Positions 50,221-59,335 are shown, counted from the first letter of the stretch. The stretch is 64,000 bases of DNA from Candidatus Micrarchaeia archaeon (GCA_038881595.1 JAVZPM010000001.1:1-64000); one strand, 5' to 3'. Notes: generated by a model not told the origin, from the sequence alone. Numbers and translations: made by a program.

Positions 50221-52624
50221 GTTGAGGATAAAAATTCTCTTTATATTTCTCTATATAAATAGTATCTATCTTAGAATCCAAATAAGTTAGAATAAATCTA
50301 CCTTGATATTCTCTTAATAATTGAAGATACTTCCTTATATATTCTGAATAATCATTCTCTTTCGATAATTTTATATAATTTTTAAGCTTATCCTCTATGT
50401 CTTTCTTTTTATTTGATTCATCTTCTACAAAAACTTCTACTTTACCTAAAGAGTATCTAAAGCCTTGAGGCAAGATTGAACTTAACGATGATACAGACCA
50501 AATGGTATAAGCAACAAGATTATTAACAAAATCTATATAGTCTTTACTTTGAGAATATTCAAATTTTGATGTATCGATTTCTTTTTTTATAAATTCTTCA
50601 CTGAATTCACTCTTTTTAATCAAATTTCCTTTATTTTCTCTTAATAATTCGATTACTTTATTAATTTCTTCTCTATCATACGGACCATAAAAATTTATAT
50701 TGCTTTTATTTTTTTTATTGTTTTCACTATTTTCACTTTCTTCTTTTCCACCGCTTTCACCAACTTTATCACTGGGTGGTAGCAATATTATAAATTCTGC
50801 ATTACGGCTTTTTCCATCTCTATTAACTCTCCCTGCCGATTGAACTAAAGAAGGAATTGGTGAAATCAATCTTATTATACAGTCAAAAGAAATATCAACG
50901 CCTGCTTCTAATACTTGCGTTGAAATGGCTATTAACTTCTTACTCTTGTTTATTTTATCTAATTCCTTTTGTTTATGCTCATTAATTAATGAACTATGTA
51001 TTAACGCTATTTCATAATTTTCTTTAATAACATCTTTAGCATTCTTTTTTTCTAGTAATCTATATAAGTCAACAGCGTTTTTTATTGTATTGACAATTAT
51101 ACAAATTCTAGAATTTTCTTCATTTTTTGATTCATTTACTTTCTGTTTTATTATATCTACAATTTGAGAATTTTTATCAATCTCACTTATTAAAACATTT
51201 GCGTCGCGTTTTTTATGAAAAGACCACCAATATTTATCGTACAAAAGTTTAAATGGAATACCATCAATAGCTATATAATCTTTAAATTCAGAAACTGAAA
51301 TTTCAAAAGGAGGTGTAGCAGTAGTTATTGCCAATTTACAAGTATATTCACCATTTATATCTTTTATATTTGCTATTTCACTTATTAATTTATACATTAA
51401 ATTCCTCATGTCCATTCCATAAGCCTGTATTTCATCAAAAACGATTACTGAATTCATTAACATACCATATCTTATAGGATATCTCTCTAAATTTAAGAAT
51501 GACATCAGTATTTGATCTGCTGTAGTTATTATTATTGGTTTCTCCATAAAATACTTTCTCGCATTTAGATAGAAATTAAATTTTTCAATATCACTTAGTT
51601 CACTTGCATAATCAATTGTTTTATCAGTTATCCAATTTGAATCCCATTTATCAACGTTTTCGTCTCCGAAATAAAAAGTAAAACGATTATACAAGTCGTT
51701 TATTAAATTTCGATAAGGTAATACATATATTATTTTTCTTGCGTTCAATTTTTTGGCATTACTCAATGCCCATTTTAAAGATAATTCAGTCTTGCCTATT
51801 CCAGTTGGTGCGCATATAAAAATTCTATCATCATCTATATTTTTAATTAATAGATCTTCGATTTTATTTCTAATACTTTCAGCTTCTAAATCCTTATCTA
51901 CTCTTTCTTCCTTTCTTTCTTTAAATTTCTTTTTGAAAGAAGATTCAATCTTATTCCAATCTGGTAGAATTTCCTTATTGCTATCGGAAGTAGAATACCA
52001 ATCTAATTCCACGAAAATAGAATAAAGTGAAGCAAATTTCTTTTTGACCTCAGGTGAAACCATTTTAAATTTATTATATATTCGTTTTAAAATCTCTTTT
52101 AATTTTTCATTATAAAGGCGATTATAATCTGAACCATTTGAATTTAAATAGTAATATATAAATTTTTCTTCATCGAAATATTTTCCATAATTAGGATCTA
52201 AACTTTGAAGTATTTGCTTAACTCTTATTAGCTCATCTTTTTCTATTATATTGATATTATTTTTTTGAATGGAAAAATGAACCAAATCATTTTGTAACAT
52301 ATCAAAAGATATTGGTCCATGATGGTAATAAACTAACATTAGATAAATATCTATATCCTCCTCATTAATTGATCTTTGATTCGTTATATTGTATTCTTTT
52401 ATAATGTATTCAATAATTGGCAGAGAAGCTAAAGGATGTCTAAATCTAAAGTTCTCATTTTTTTCTAATTTCTTCTGAAATTTATCTGAAACTTTACCGA
52501 TATCATGCAATAAAAAAACCAGCGCTTCTAATTCTGAAATATTTTTTGGAATTTTATTCTTTATTTCCCTCAAATGATCTATAAGCTTTTGATTAGGCCT
52601 AGCTAATAATTGATCATGCTGCAT
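50201..52624 (-). CDS. cas3: Cas3 HD nuclease/helicase
   Basis: DHL, LHDIGK, RH, YYHH (HD domain); APTGIGKT, DEIQ, TAT, STQVLEAGVD, QSAGRVNR. Confidence 0.95.
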   Translation of the reverse strand: MQHDQLLARPNQKLIDHLREIKNKIPKNISELEALVFLLHDIGKVSDKFQKKLEKNENFRFRHPLASLPIIEYIIKEYNITNQRSINEEDIDIYLMLVYYHHGPISFDMLQNDLVHFSIQKNNINIIEKDELIRVKQILQSLDPNYGKYFDEEKFIYYYLNSNGSDYNRLYNEKLKEILKRIYNKFKMVSPEVKKKFASLYSIFVELDWYSTSDSNKEILPDWNKIESSFKKKFKERKEERVDKDLEAESIRNKIEDLLIKNIDDDRIFICAPTGIGKTELSLKWALSNAKKLNARKIIYVLPYRNLINDLYNRFTFYFGDENVDKWDSNWITDKTIDYASELSDIEKFNFYLNARKYFMEKPIIITTADQILMSFLNLERYPIRYGMLMNSVIVFDEIQAYGMDMRNLMYKLISEIANIKDINGEYTCKLAITTATPPFEISVSEFKDYIAIDGIPFKLLYDKYWWSFHKKRDANVLISEIDKNSQIVDIIKQKVNESKNEENSRICIIVNTIKNAVDLYRLLEKKNAKDVIKENYEIALIHSSLINEHKQKELDKINKSKKLIAISTQVLEAGVDISFDCIIRLISPIPSLVQSAGRVNRDGKSRNAEFIILLPPSDKVGESGGKEESENSENNKKNKSNINFYGPYDREEINKVIELLRENKGNLIKKSEFSEEFIKKEIDTSKFEYSQSKDYIDFVNNLVAYTIWSVSSLSSILPQGFRYSLGKVEVFVEDESNKKKDIEDKLKNYIKLSKENDYSEYIRKYLQLLREYQGRFILTYLDSKIDTIYIEKYKENFYPQHENSDK

Positions 52625-53391
52625 CAAATCACCAAGAATTGATTAATATTTCCATTCAACTTTATTTCAAAAACAGGAATATTATTATTTAATCTAAATT
52701 CCATTTTTCTTAATGGAACCAAAACTTCTTTTTCTTTCATTGTATCTTCAACTTTTTCTATATTTTGAGGGGTACTAATAAGTATAGAAGATCTTAAAAA
52801 TTCGCTAAGTTTGTCTCTATCGATACTTGATAAATCAACAACATCAAGAGGTAAAATGAAGTCAGTCTCAATATCTTGCCTATTACTAAAATTAATTTGA
52901 TTGCTATTTATTTCTTCAGATAAATTAATAGTAGCCGGACATTCATTATAGCCTAAATAAACTTTAAAAATTTCGCTATTTATGATTATTTCTTTATTTT
53001 TTTCTCCTAATATTGGATCATCTTTAGGTAGAAAATATATAATCTCATATGATGGATTTACAATATACTCTATAGTAGTTGGTTTACGTTCTCTCTCTTT
53101 TGACATATAATTTACATAATCCATATATTTTACTATTCCTCTTTTTAGTGAAATTGCTATGAATGTATTGTCAAATAATTCTCTTAATTTTTTACTTTTG
53201 AATAGTAATATATTTTTATCAATTCTTTTGTATAAACCAACTTTAGCAAGTAACATGCCTATGGCAGTTGATTTTGGAGGTAAAATAAAAGTTAATCTAC
53301 TTGAAACTGTAGTTGGCTGCCTAAAATGGGCAAGCCAACCTTCAACACTTAATCTATAAAACCAAAATTTAGAAAGATCTAAATTTTGCAT
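52624..53391 (-). CDS. cas5: Cas5
   Basis: AHFRQP...TFILPPKSTAIGML; VYLGYNECPA; located between cas7 and cas3. Confidence 0.9.
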   Translation of the reverse strand: MQNLDLSKFWFYRLSVEGWLAHFRQPTTVSSRLTFILPPKSTAIGMLLAKVGLYKRIDKNILLFKSKKLRELFDNTFIAISLKRGIVKYMDYVNYMSKERERKPTTIEYIVNPSYEIIYFLPKDDPILGEKNKEIIINSEIFKVYLGYNECPATINLSEEINSNQINFSNRQDIETDFILPLDVVDLSSIDRDKLSEFLRSSILISTPQNIEKVEDTMKEKEVLVPLRKMEFRLNNNIPVFEIKLNGNINQFLVI

Positions 53392-53402
53392 TATAACACC
53401 TT

Positions 53403-54383
53403 TTAATTTTTGCTGTAAACTATTTCCTCTGCTATCTCTTTTATTTTCCATTTTTGTCCTAATTTACTTAATTTCTCTTCAGTTTCATCAAAGAATAGTT
53501 TATCTGCATAGTAATAAGTTTTATTTGATTTGAATGTTGGAATTTCTGCAAACTTTAATTTATCATCTGCTACATTGATACACTTGAAAATCTTCTTATC
53601 TGAATCACCGTATCCAAAATCGTTTATTTCTAATAATTTAAATATGCATGTAGGTCTATCTCTTGCACCACCTGAATCTTTTTGAAGGGCATAGTCAACC
53701 GCTTCAAGGAAGTTTTCTAAACGATTTAATCTTTCTTCCTTGTTATCTCCTACGTATTCATCGTTTGAATATAATATAAGATCAGGGTTTATATAAAATG
53801 ATGCAAAATAGAATTCTTTTGAAATCGATCTGTTTATTAAAGAACCCCCTCCGCTACTTTCATCCTTAACATTCAAAATGCAACTATTAAAGTCTATAAA
53901 CTGATGAATTGGTTCTAATGAAACTGCTCCCCACGTCGTTATGGGACCAGGTCTATTTATCTTCTCCTCATACATGAAACCGAATAAGTCAACATCTATA
54001 TATTTTTTAATAGCGTTTTTGATATCTTTTCTAGCATCAGCTGAATTTGATTTTGCATCTACTGTATTCTCTGCCATTACGCAAGACAATTTCTTTTTAA
54101 TCCAATAATCTCTTATCCTTCTTTTAATAGCGTAAGGACTTATATAAATGCGAGGTTCGGCTTCTTCTCCCCAAGGTATAATCTTTTGAGAGATTACATT
54201 AGTTCCTGTTGAACCACTTGCATTTTGATTTGATGGGAAAGAGTAATAAATAGCTGTTAAAGTTACTCTTTTTCCATGACTAAAACCATATTTCTCACTT
54301 ATTTCCTTCATTTCTTCGCTAAACAAAACAAACTCTTTGAATTTCTTAGCTTCTTCATTTTTATCTTTATTATTTTTAGCCAT
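53403..54383 (-). CDS. cas7: Cas7 (Cst2/DevR-like)
   Basis: YISPYAIKRRIRD, DVDLFGFM, RPGPI..GAVSLEP, DFN; GAGGTGG SD. Confidence 0.88.
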   Translation of the reverse strand: MAKNNKDKNEEAKKFKEFVLFSEEMKEISEKYGFSHGKRVTLTAIYYSFPSNQNASGSTGTNVISQKIIPWGEEAEPRIYISPYAIKRRIRDYWIKKKLSCVMAENTVDAKSNSADARKDIKNAIKKYIDVDLFGFMYEEKINRPGPITTWGAVSLEPIHQFIDFNSCILNVKDESSGGGSLINRSISKEFYFASFYINPDLILYSNDEYVGDNKEERLNRLENFLEAVDYALQKDSGGARDRPTCIFKLLEINDFGYGDSDKKIFKCINVADDKLKFAEIPTFKSNKTYYYADKLFFDETEEKLSKLGQKWKIKEIAEEIVYSKN

Positions 54384-54392
54384 AATACCACC

Positions 54393-54782
54393 TCAATTAA
54401 TATTACCTTCTACTTTTTCACCTTCACTTTGAACAGACTCCTCTTTTTTTCTAGCTATGCTACTTAGCATCCCTAAAATAAAATAAAGTCTTAGTTCTTC
54501 ATCATCTGCTATTTTTTCAATATATTCATTCATATTTTGTACAATCCCTAATCCATAATTCCTAGTTATCTCTATAATTGTCCTTATAAATTCTTTTCCA
54601 CTAAGCTCCATAACTGCACTAGAAGAAACAATATACTTTTCTGAACTCTCCTTATCTTCTTTATAAATATCAGATTCTTTTATTCTATAACCAAAATACA
54701 TTCCCTTTTTCAATGCTTCTAATTTTGAGTTTCTATCGTTTTCACTGGAAGATTTTTTTTCTGCCATAAAATTATTTCCCAT
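54393..54782 (-). CDS. cas11: Predicted Cas11 small subunit (129 aa) from an in-frame internal start in cas8
   Basis: GAGGTGA (54794-54788), 5 nt, in-frame ATG at 54782 (codon 381): MGNNFMAEKK...LRLYFILGML. Confidence 0.7.
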   Translation of the reverse strand: MGNNFMAEKKSSSENDRNSKLEALKKGMYFGYRIKESDIYKEDKESSEKYIVSSSAVMELSGKEFIRTIIEITRNYGLGIVQNMNEYIEKIADDEELRLYFILGMLSSIARKKEESVQSEGEKVEGNIN

Positions 54783-55922
54783 TTCATTCACCTCTAAGTA
54801 TTCTTCTACAAATTTTCTAAATTCCTTTAATAAAAAAGAAGAATAGAATTTTTTATGGTTTTTCGAAAAATTAGTTCTATACATATCGATAAAAGAGATT
54901 ATTAATCCTTTATTCAAATATGACGTTTGAATGAAGTCACCAAGTGAAACGAAATATGTTGGTAAATCCATCAATTCATTTAAAAATATTTTTTTGAAAT
55001 TTAGAACTGAATTTTTGTTTTTTTCAAGCATCTTAACTAATTTTGGAAATATATTGAACTGAGAAATAGAAATAGGTACTGTATTCCCGGCTTGGGAACC
55101 TTCTTGGAAAAACATAATGTAAATTCTAGAAAAGTTATCATTAAGATAAACGTATTTTAAAAATCTATCAAATTGATTTTCATAGAATATGAAAGATGGA
55201 GTTATGTCTTCTTCATCTGATATTATACTATAGTAAATGTAAATAATTCTTTCTTTTTTAGATATTCTTTTTCTTTTAGAAAAGATTTCATAATTTTTAT
55301 CTGGAACTGGATAAAGATTTGATAGAATTGTATATACTAAACATCTAAAACATATAGTATATCTTTGAAATTCAAAAGTGTAATCGCTTTTATTAGAAAG
55401 GGTTAGATTTGATAAAGAACGGTTTCTTCCTTGCATTCCACAATTGTAGCATTTTGTCTCACAATCTGTATTCTCTTTTAATGAACCAACAAAATAAGAG
55501 AATAAAATCTTTGCTTTTCTTTCACCATGAAAAAATTTAACCAGTGATTTTAATGAGAATTTCTCTTTATTTTTACCTTTTTTTCCTTGATTCTCTATTT
55601 CTCTCATTTCACCATAGGTAATAGCTAAAATTTTAGAAATATAGTCTAAACTCAACATTTTGTTAGATGGAATGTTCTCTATAGCCACATTTGTCCTTAA
55701 AATAATATGAAATACCTTTTTCATTAGTGGAAATTCACTAGGATCCTTAAATAATTTATCCCATAATTGATTTACGATTGTTGGAATGTCGTCATTTGAT
55801 TTAATTATTGCATCAGAAAAACGATATAATTCATTATCTAGCTCGCTCAAATCTGAACTTTGGATTATATTTTTTGCAACGGCCCTACCCATTGCAATTT
55901 GAAAGTTACTGTACCCCTTCAC
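54393..55922 (-). CDS. cas8: Cas8 large subunit (CXXC-CXXC, Cst1/Cas8b-like), divergent
   Basis: Position between cas6 and cas7; CYNC...CFRC; helical C-terminal domain. Call rests mainly on context. Confidence 0.78.
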   Translation of the reverse strand: MKGYSNFQIAMGRAVAKNIIQSSDLSELDNELYRFSDAIIKSNDDIPTIVNQLWDKLFKDPSEFPLMKKVFHIILRTNVAIENIPSNKMLSLDYISKILAITYGEMREIENQGKKGKNKEKFSLKSLVKFFHGERKAKILFSYFVGSLKENTDCETKCYNCGMQGRNRSLSNLTLSNKSDYTFEFQRYTICFRCLVYTILSNLYPVPDKNYEIFSKRKRISKKERIIYIYYSIISDEEDITPSFIFYENQFDRFLKYVYLNDNFSRIYIMFFQEGSQAGNTVPISISQFNIFPKLVKMLEKNKNSVLNFKKIFLNELMDLPTYFVSLGDFIQTSYLNKGLIISFIDMYRTNFSKNHKKFYSSFLLKEFRKFVEEYLEVNEMGNNFMAEKKSSSENDRNSKLEALKKGMYFGYRIKESDIYKEDKESSEKYIVSSSAVMELSGKEFIRTIIEITRNYGLGIVQNMNEYIEKIADDEELRLYFILGMLSSIARKKEESVQSEGEKVEGNIN

Positions 55923-56637
55923 CTAATCCACCTTTAAACCCTAACATACCAAATCCAAGTTTAGTTCTATCTCCAATTCCATAAAATAGCGCGATTGCTT
56001 TAGCCTTATCGCCATTAAATGAAATCGAAACAGAAGGAGATTTTGCTGAAAATGCTCTTATATATACATCTTCATTTTTTGAGTTCTTAAAAACATACAG
56101 CTTCTTCCTAAAGTCATCCCTAGTACCATTTATTTTTACATTTGTATCTTCTACATCAATATTTAATTTAGTACTAACTCTTTTTATTCCTTCAGAGATA
56201 CTTTTTTCAAAAAAATTTAGATCAATCTCATCTAAAACTTTCTCTTTTGTTCGAATTACAAAAGGAGATAAAAAGTTAAAATGTTTATATGAACTTATAT
56301 CAAAATTTTCTAAAATAGTATTTACTATATTAAAATTAAACATCTTATTTCTATCATTTAACCTTAAACTTCTATTTAAACCAGAATAGAATGCATTAAA
56401 AACTTCTTTATAAGGAGTTGTAAAATACAAAATATGATATGATTTATAGGGAATTATATTAGAAAAAACAAATGCCCGAGGTAATTTATTTGAATGTATT
56501 TTATCACTAAGATCAGGATTTTTCATTCTTATAGCATTAAGAATGAAAGAATAAATTAAGTATCTATCATTAAAGATAATTGAATTTGAAATTGGATTCC
56601 CTTTTCTTAAATATATCTTTAATCTTGAATAAATCAT
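55906..56637 (-). CDS. cas6: Cas6 pre-crRNA endoribonuclease
   Basis: KIH...FVFSN, FLSPFV, C-terminal G-rich loop YGIGDRTKLGFGM. Confidence 0.92.
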   Translation of the reverse strand: MIYSRLKIYLRKGNPISNSIIFNDRYLIYSFILNAIRMKNPDLSDKIHSNKLPRAFVFSNIIPYKSYHILYFTTPYKEVFNAFYSGLNRSLRLNDRNKMFNFNIVNTILENFDISSYKHFNFLSPFVIRTKEKVLDEIDLNFFEKSISEGIKRVSTKLNIDVEDTNVKINGTRDDFRKKLYVFKNSKNEDVYIRAFSAKSPSVSISFNGDKAKAIALFYGIGDRTKLGFGMLGFKGGLGEGVQ

Positions 56638-56655
56638 GTTGAACTTAAAATAATG

Positions 56656-56675
56656 AAAGATTATAAATCTTTTCT
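56656..56675 (-). promoter_or_regulatory. Candidate BRE/TATA of the cas operon (leaderless transcript)
   Basis: Minus-strand GAAAAGA-TTTATAA ending 23 nt before the cas6 ATG; no SD. Confidence 0.6.
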
Positions 56676-56698
56676 TAGTGGTTTTCCACTGAAAAAGT

Positions 56699-58510
56699 TC
56701 AGTGACTCAAATATTTCGGTTCTGGCTCTGGCCCTACAACTGCTTTTATTCTTCTTACTCCTGCAGAAACCGATTCTTCTTTTATTATCTTGAAATGACC
56801 GAGTTCAGCAGTATTTGAAACGTGGGGTCCAGTGCAAACCTCCATTGAAAAGTCACCGATAGTATAAACTGAAACTCTTTCACCATACTTTCCTTCAAAA
56901 AGTGCGATTGCTCCCTTTGCTTTTGCTTCCTCTAAAGTCATTTCTTCGCGAATCACTGGAATCTTTCTTTTAATTGCCTCATTAACCAGATCCTCAACCT
57001 GCTTTATCTGCTCTGGTGTAAGTTTTTGAGGATAAGAAAAGTCAAACCTTAACCTCTCTGCTGTAATGTTGCTTCCTTTCTGTTTTACTTCTGGTCCTAA
57101 AATCTTTCTCAGTGCGGCGTGCAAAAGATGTGTTGCTGTATGAAGCTTGATTGTTTCTTCTTTGGTATCTGCAAGTCCACTCTTGAATTTTTTCTCTGTT
57201 GCCATTCTTGAAAGTTCTTGATGTCTTTGGTACTCTAACTTAAATTCCTCATCGAAACTTTGTTGGATATTGATTCCCTTCTCCTGCATCAATTCTTTTG
57301 TCATCTCTATTGGAAAGCCGTGAGACTGGAAGAGAAGGAATGCGTCAGCTCCAGTAAGCATACTCTTTTCAGCAATGTATTTATTGAATAACTTCATTCC
57401 AGACTCCAATGTTTCCTTGAATCTGTTCTCTTCTTTTTCTAATTCTGTGAATATAAATTGCCTATTCTTTGACAACTCTGGATAATCATCTTTATAAATT
57501 TGAATAACAACTTCTGCGAGTTCTTTACAGAAATTATCTTGAATTCCTAATAACCTTCCATGTCTTACCATTCTTCTTATATATCTCCTTAAGATGTATC
57601 CCTGATCTACATTTGAAGGTGTAATTCCTTTTTCATCCCCTAAAATGAAAGTTGCAGCTCTGATATGATCTGCAATTACTCTAAATGATTTTATGTTTTC
57701 TTTTGATTCTTCTTTTCCGGAAATTTCCTTTAATTTATCTATAATTGGTTTGAAAACCTCTATTTCAAATATATTTGTCTTTCCTTGTAGTATCATTGTA
57801 ACTCTTTCTACACCTAAACCAGTATCTACATTCTTTTGAGAGAGTGGCTCATACTTGCCTTCTTTTGTTTTGTTATACTGCATGAATACGTCATTCCAAA
57901 TCTCAACCCATCTTTTGTCGTTCGGATCAAAAACCTTTGGAGCTGGAATATCATTTGGCGTCCAGTAGAACATTTCTGTATCTGGTCCACATGGTCCTGT
58001 GTTTCCTGCAGGACCCCACCAGTTATTCTCCTTTGGAAGAAATGCGATTCTTTCCTTTGGAACGCCTAAAGACATCCAGATATTTGCTGCTTCCTCGTCT
58101 CTAGGTGCATCACTATCTCCTGCAAAACAGGTAACTGCTAACCTGCTTTTATCAAGCCCTAGCCAATTAGATGATGTCAAAAATTCATAGCTCATCTCTA
58201 TTGCTTCTTTTTTAAAATAATCCCCTAAACTCCAGTTCCCAAGCATCTCAAAAAATGTTGTATGTATGTCATCTCCAACTTCATCTATATCTTGAGTCCT
58301 TATGCATTTCTGAACGTTTGCAAGTCTTTTTCCTAAAGGATGTGGCTGCCCCATTAAATAGGGTACTAAAGGATGCATTCCAGCGGTAGTGAAAAGAACT
58401 GTTGGATCATTTTCTGGAATCAAAGATGCTGATGGTATTATCGCATGTCCTTTCTCTTTGAAGAATTGAAGATATTTTTTCTTTAAAATTTTTGAATTTA
58501 TAATGTCCAT
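56699..58510 (-). CDS. alaS: Alanine--tRNA ligase, short form lacking the C-Ala domain
   Basis: LFTTAGM, QKCIR, TFFEMLGNWS, EIWNDVFMQ, VDTGLG.ER, HTATHLLH, CTGPH; ends shortly after GVRRIKA. Confidence 0.95.
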   Translation of the reverse strand: MDIINSKILKKKYLQFFKEKGHAIIPSASLIPENDPTVLFTTAGMHPLVPYLMGQPHPLGKRLANVQKCIRTQDIDEVGDDIHTTFFEMLGNWSLGDYFKKEAIEMSYEFLTSSNWLGLDKSRLAVTCFAGDSDAPRDEEAANIWMSLGVPKERIAFLPKENNWWGPAGNTGPCGPDTEMFYWTPNDIPAPKVFDPNDKRWVEIWNDVFMQYNKTKEGKYEPLSQKNVDTGLGVERVTMILQGKTNIFEIEVFKPIIDKLKEISGKEESKENIKSFRVIADHIRAATFILGDEKGITPSNVDQGYILRRYIRRMVRHGRLLGIQDNFCKELAEVVIQIYKDDYPELSKNRQFIFTELEKEENRFKETLESGMKLFNKYIAEKSMLTGADAFLLFQSHGFPIEMTKELMQEKGINIQQSFDEEFKLEYQRHQELSRMATEKKFKSGLADTKEETIKLHTATHLLHAALRKILGPEVKQKGSNITAERLRFDFSYPQKLTPEQIKQVEDLVNEAIKRKIPVIREEMTLEEAKAKGAIALFEGKYGERVSVYTIGDFSMEVCTGPHVSNTAELGHFKIIKEESVSAGVRRIKAVVGPEPEPKYLSH

Positions 58511-58585
58511 AATATAAATCAGTGGTTAAATATTAAAAAGATATTTGATTAATATAATAACATATTATTTTGAAAGATGTTATTT

Positions 58586-58658
58586 GGCCCTGTAGTCGAA
58601 TGGTTAAGACGCCACTCTCACACAGTGGAGATTCGGAGTTCGATTCTCCGCGGGGCCA
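58586..58658 (+). tRNA. tRNA-Val(CAC)
   Basis: GGCCCTG/CGGGGCC+A; CCACT-CTCACAC-AGTGG; CGGAG-TTCGATT-CTCCG. Confidence 0.92.
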
Positions 58659-58671
58659 TGGAGATGATAAT

Positions 58672-59019
58672 ATGACTATATACCACCCAGGAAAAGTGGT
58701 TGCGGTTTATACATCAAAATCTAAAGATGTAATAAGCAGCGGAAAGGACGTACAAGTACTAGTTGAGATGTGGGATGATAATCTATTTACTTGCGATGTG
58801 TCAGCAGCGATATCTGACAAGGTAAATGAAGAAGATGTAGTTCTTGTAGATTATTCCCCAATCTCAGCAAAGATAAACGTACCTAAGCATTTAGTTGTAA
58901 AGATACTAAGAGGAAAAACAGCGGAAAAAACATGGGACAAGTACAGATCGTTTTATCATAAGAAGAAAAATGAAAATCAGCCAAAACCACCACAGCCACC
59001 AATGCAACTTTATGGCTGA
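58672..59019 (+). CDS. Hypothetical protein
   Basis: MTIYHPGKVV...VEMWDDN...VLVDYSP; track start 58570 overlaps the tRNA, so ATG 58672 is preferred. Confidence 0.7.
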   Translation: MTIYHPGKVVAVYTSKSKDVISSGKDVQVLVEMWDDNLFTCDVSAAISDKVNEEDVVLVDYSPISAKINVPKHLVVKILRGKTAEKTWDKYRSFYHKKKNENQPKPPQPPMQLYG

Positions 59020-59137
59020 AATTTGATTAAAAAATAAAAAGTTAAACTAATATCGTTCTAATAATTATTCTAATAACTTGCTAAAAAGATAAGTATAAAA
59101 TATTTAACTGACATATATCTTTTACTTCTCAGTTTTA

Positions 59138-59212
59138 GCTCCGATCGTCTAGCCCGGTCAAGGACGCAGCCCTCTCAAGGCTGAAACTCGGGTTCAAATC
59201 CCGATCGGAGCA
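59138..59212 (+). tRNA. tRNA-Glu(CTC)
   Basis: GCTCCGA/TCGGAGC+A; CAGCC-CTCTCAA-GGCTG; TCGGG-TTCAAAT-CCCGA. Confidence 0.95.
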
Positions 59213-59217
59213 CTGAT

Positions 59218-59335
59218 GCAGGGGTGCCGGAGCGGTCAAACGGGGCAGCCTCAAGACCTAGGCAAAGCCTAAAAGGCAGCCCGTAAGAAAGCTGTTGGCT
59301 TAGGCCTTACGTGAGTTCGAATCTCACCCCCTGCA
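59218..59335 (+). tRNA. tRNA-Leu(CAA) with 34-nt intron at 37/38 (59256-59289)
   Basis: GCAGGGG/CCCCTGC+A; GCAGC-CTCAAG[intron]A-GCTGT; long variable arm; GTGAG-TTCGAAT-CTCAC. Confidence 0.9.

Noticed and set aside
56699..58510. Short AlaRS as a pseudogene truncated by the cas insertion
   Set aside because: Catalytic and editing motifs are intact, and roughly 600-aa AlaRS lacking C-Ala is a known natural form.
58570..58671. N-terminal extension of the 149-aa ORF
   Set aside because: Overlaps tRNA-Val; ATG 58672 with an SD-like sequence is the better start.
3571..59335. Provirus or integrative element at a tRNA gene
   Set aside because: No integrase, transposase, capsid gene or duplicated tRNA 3' end was seen.
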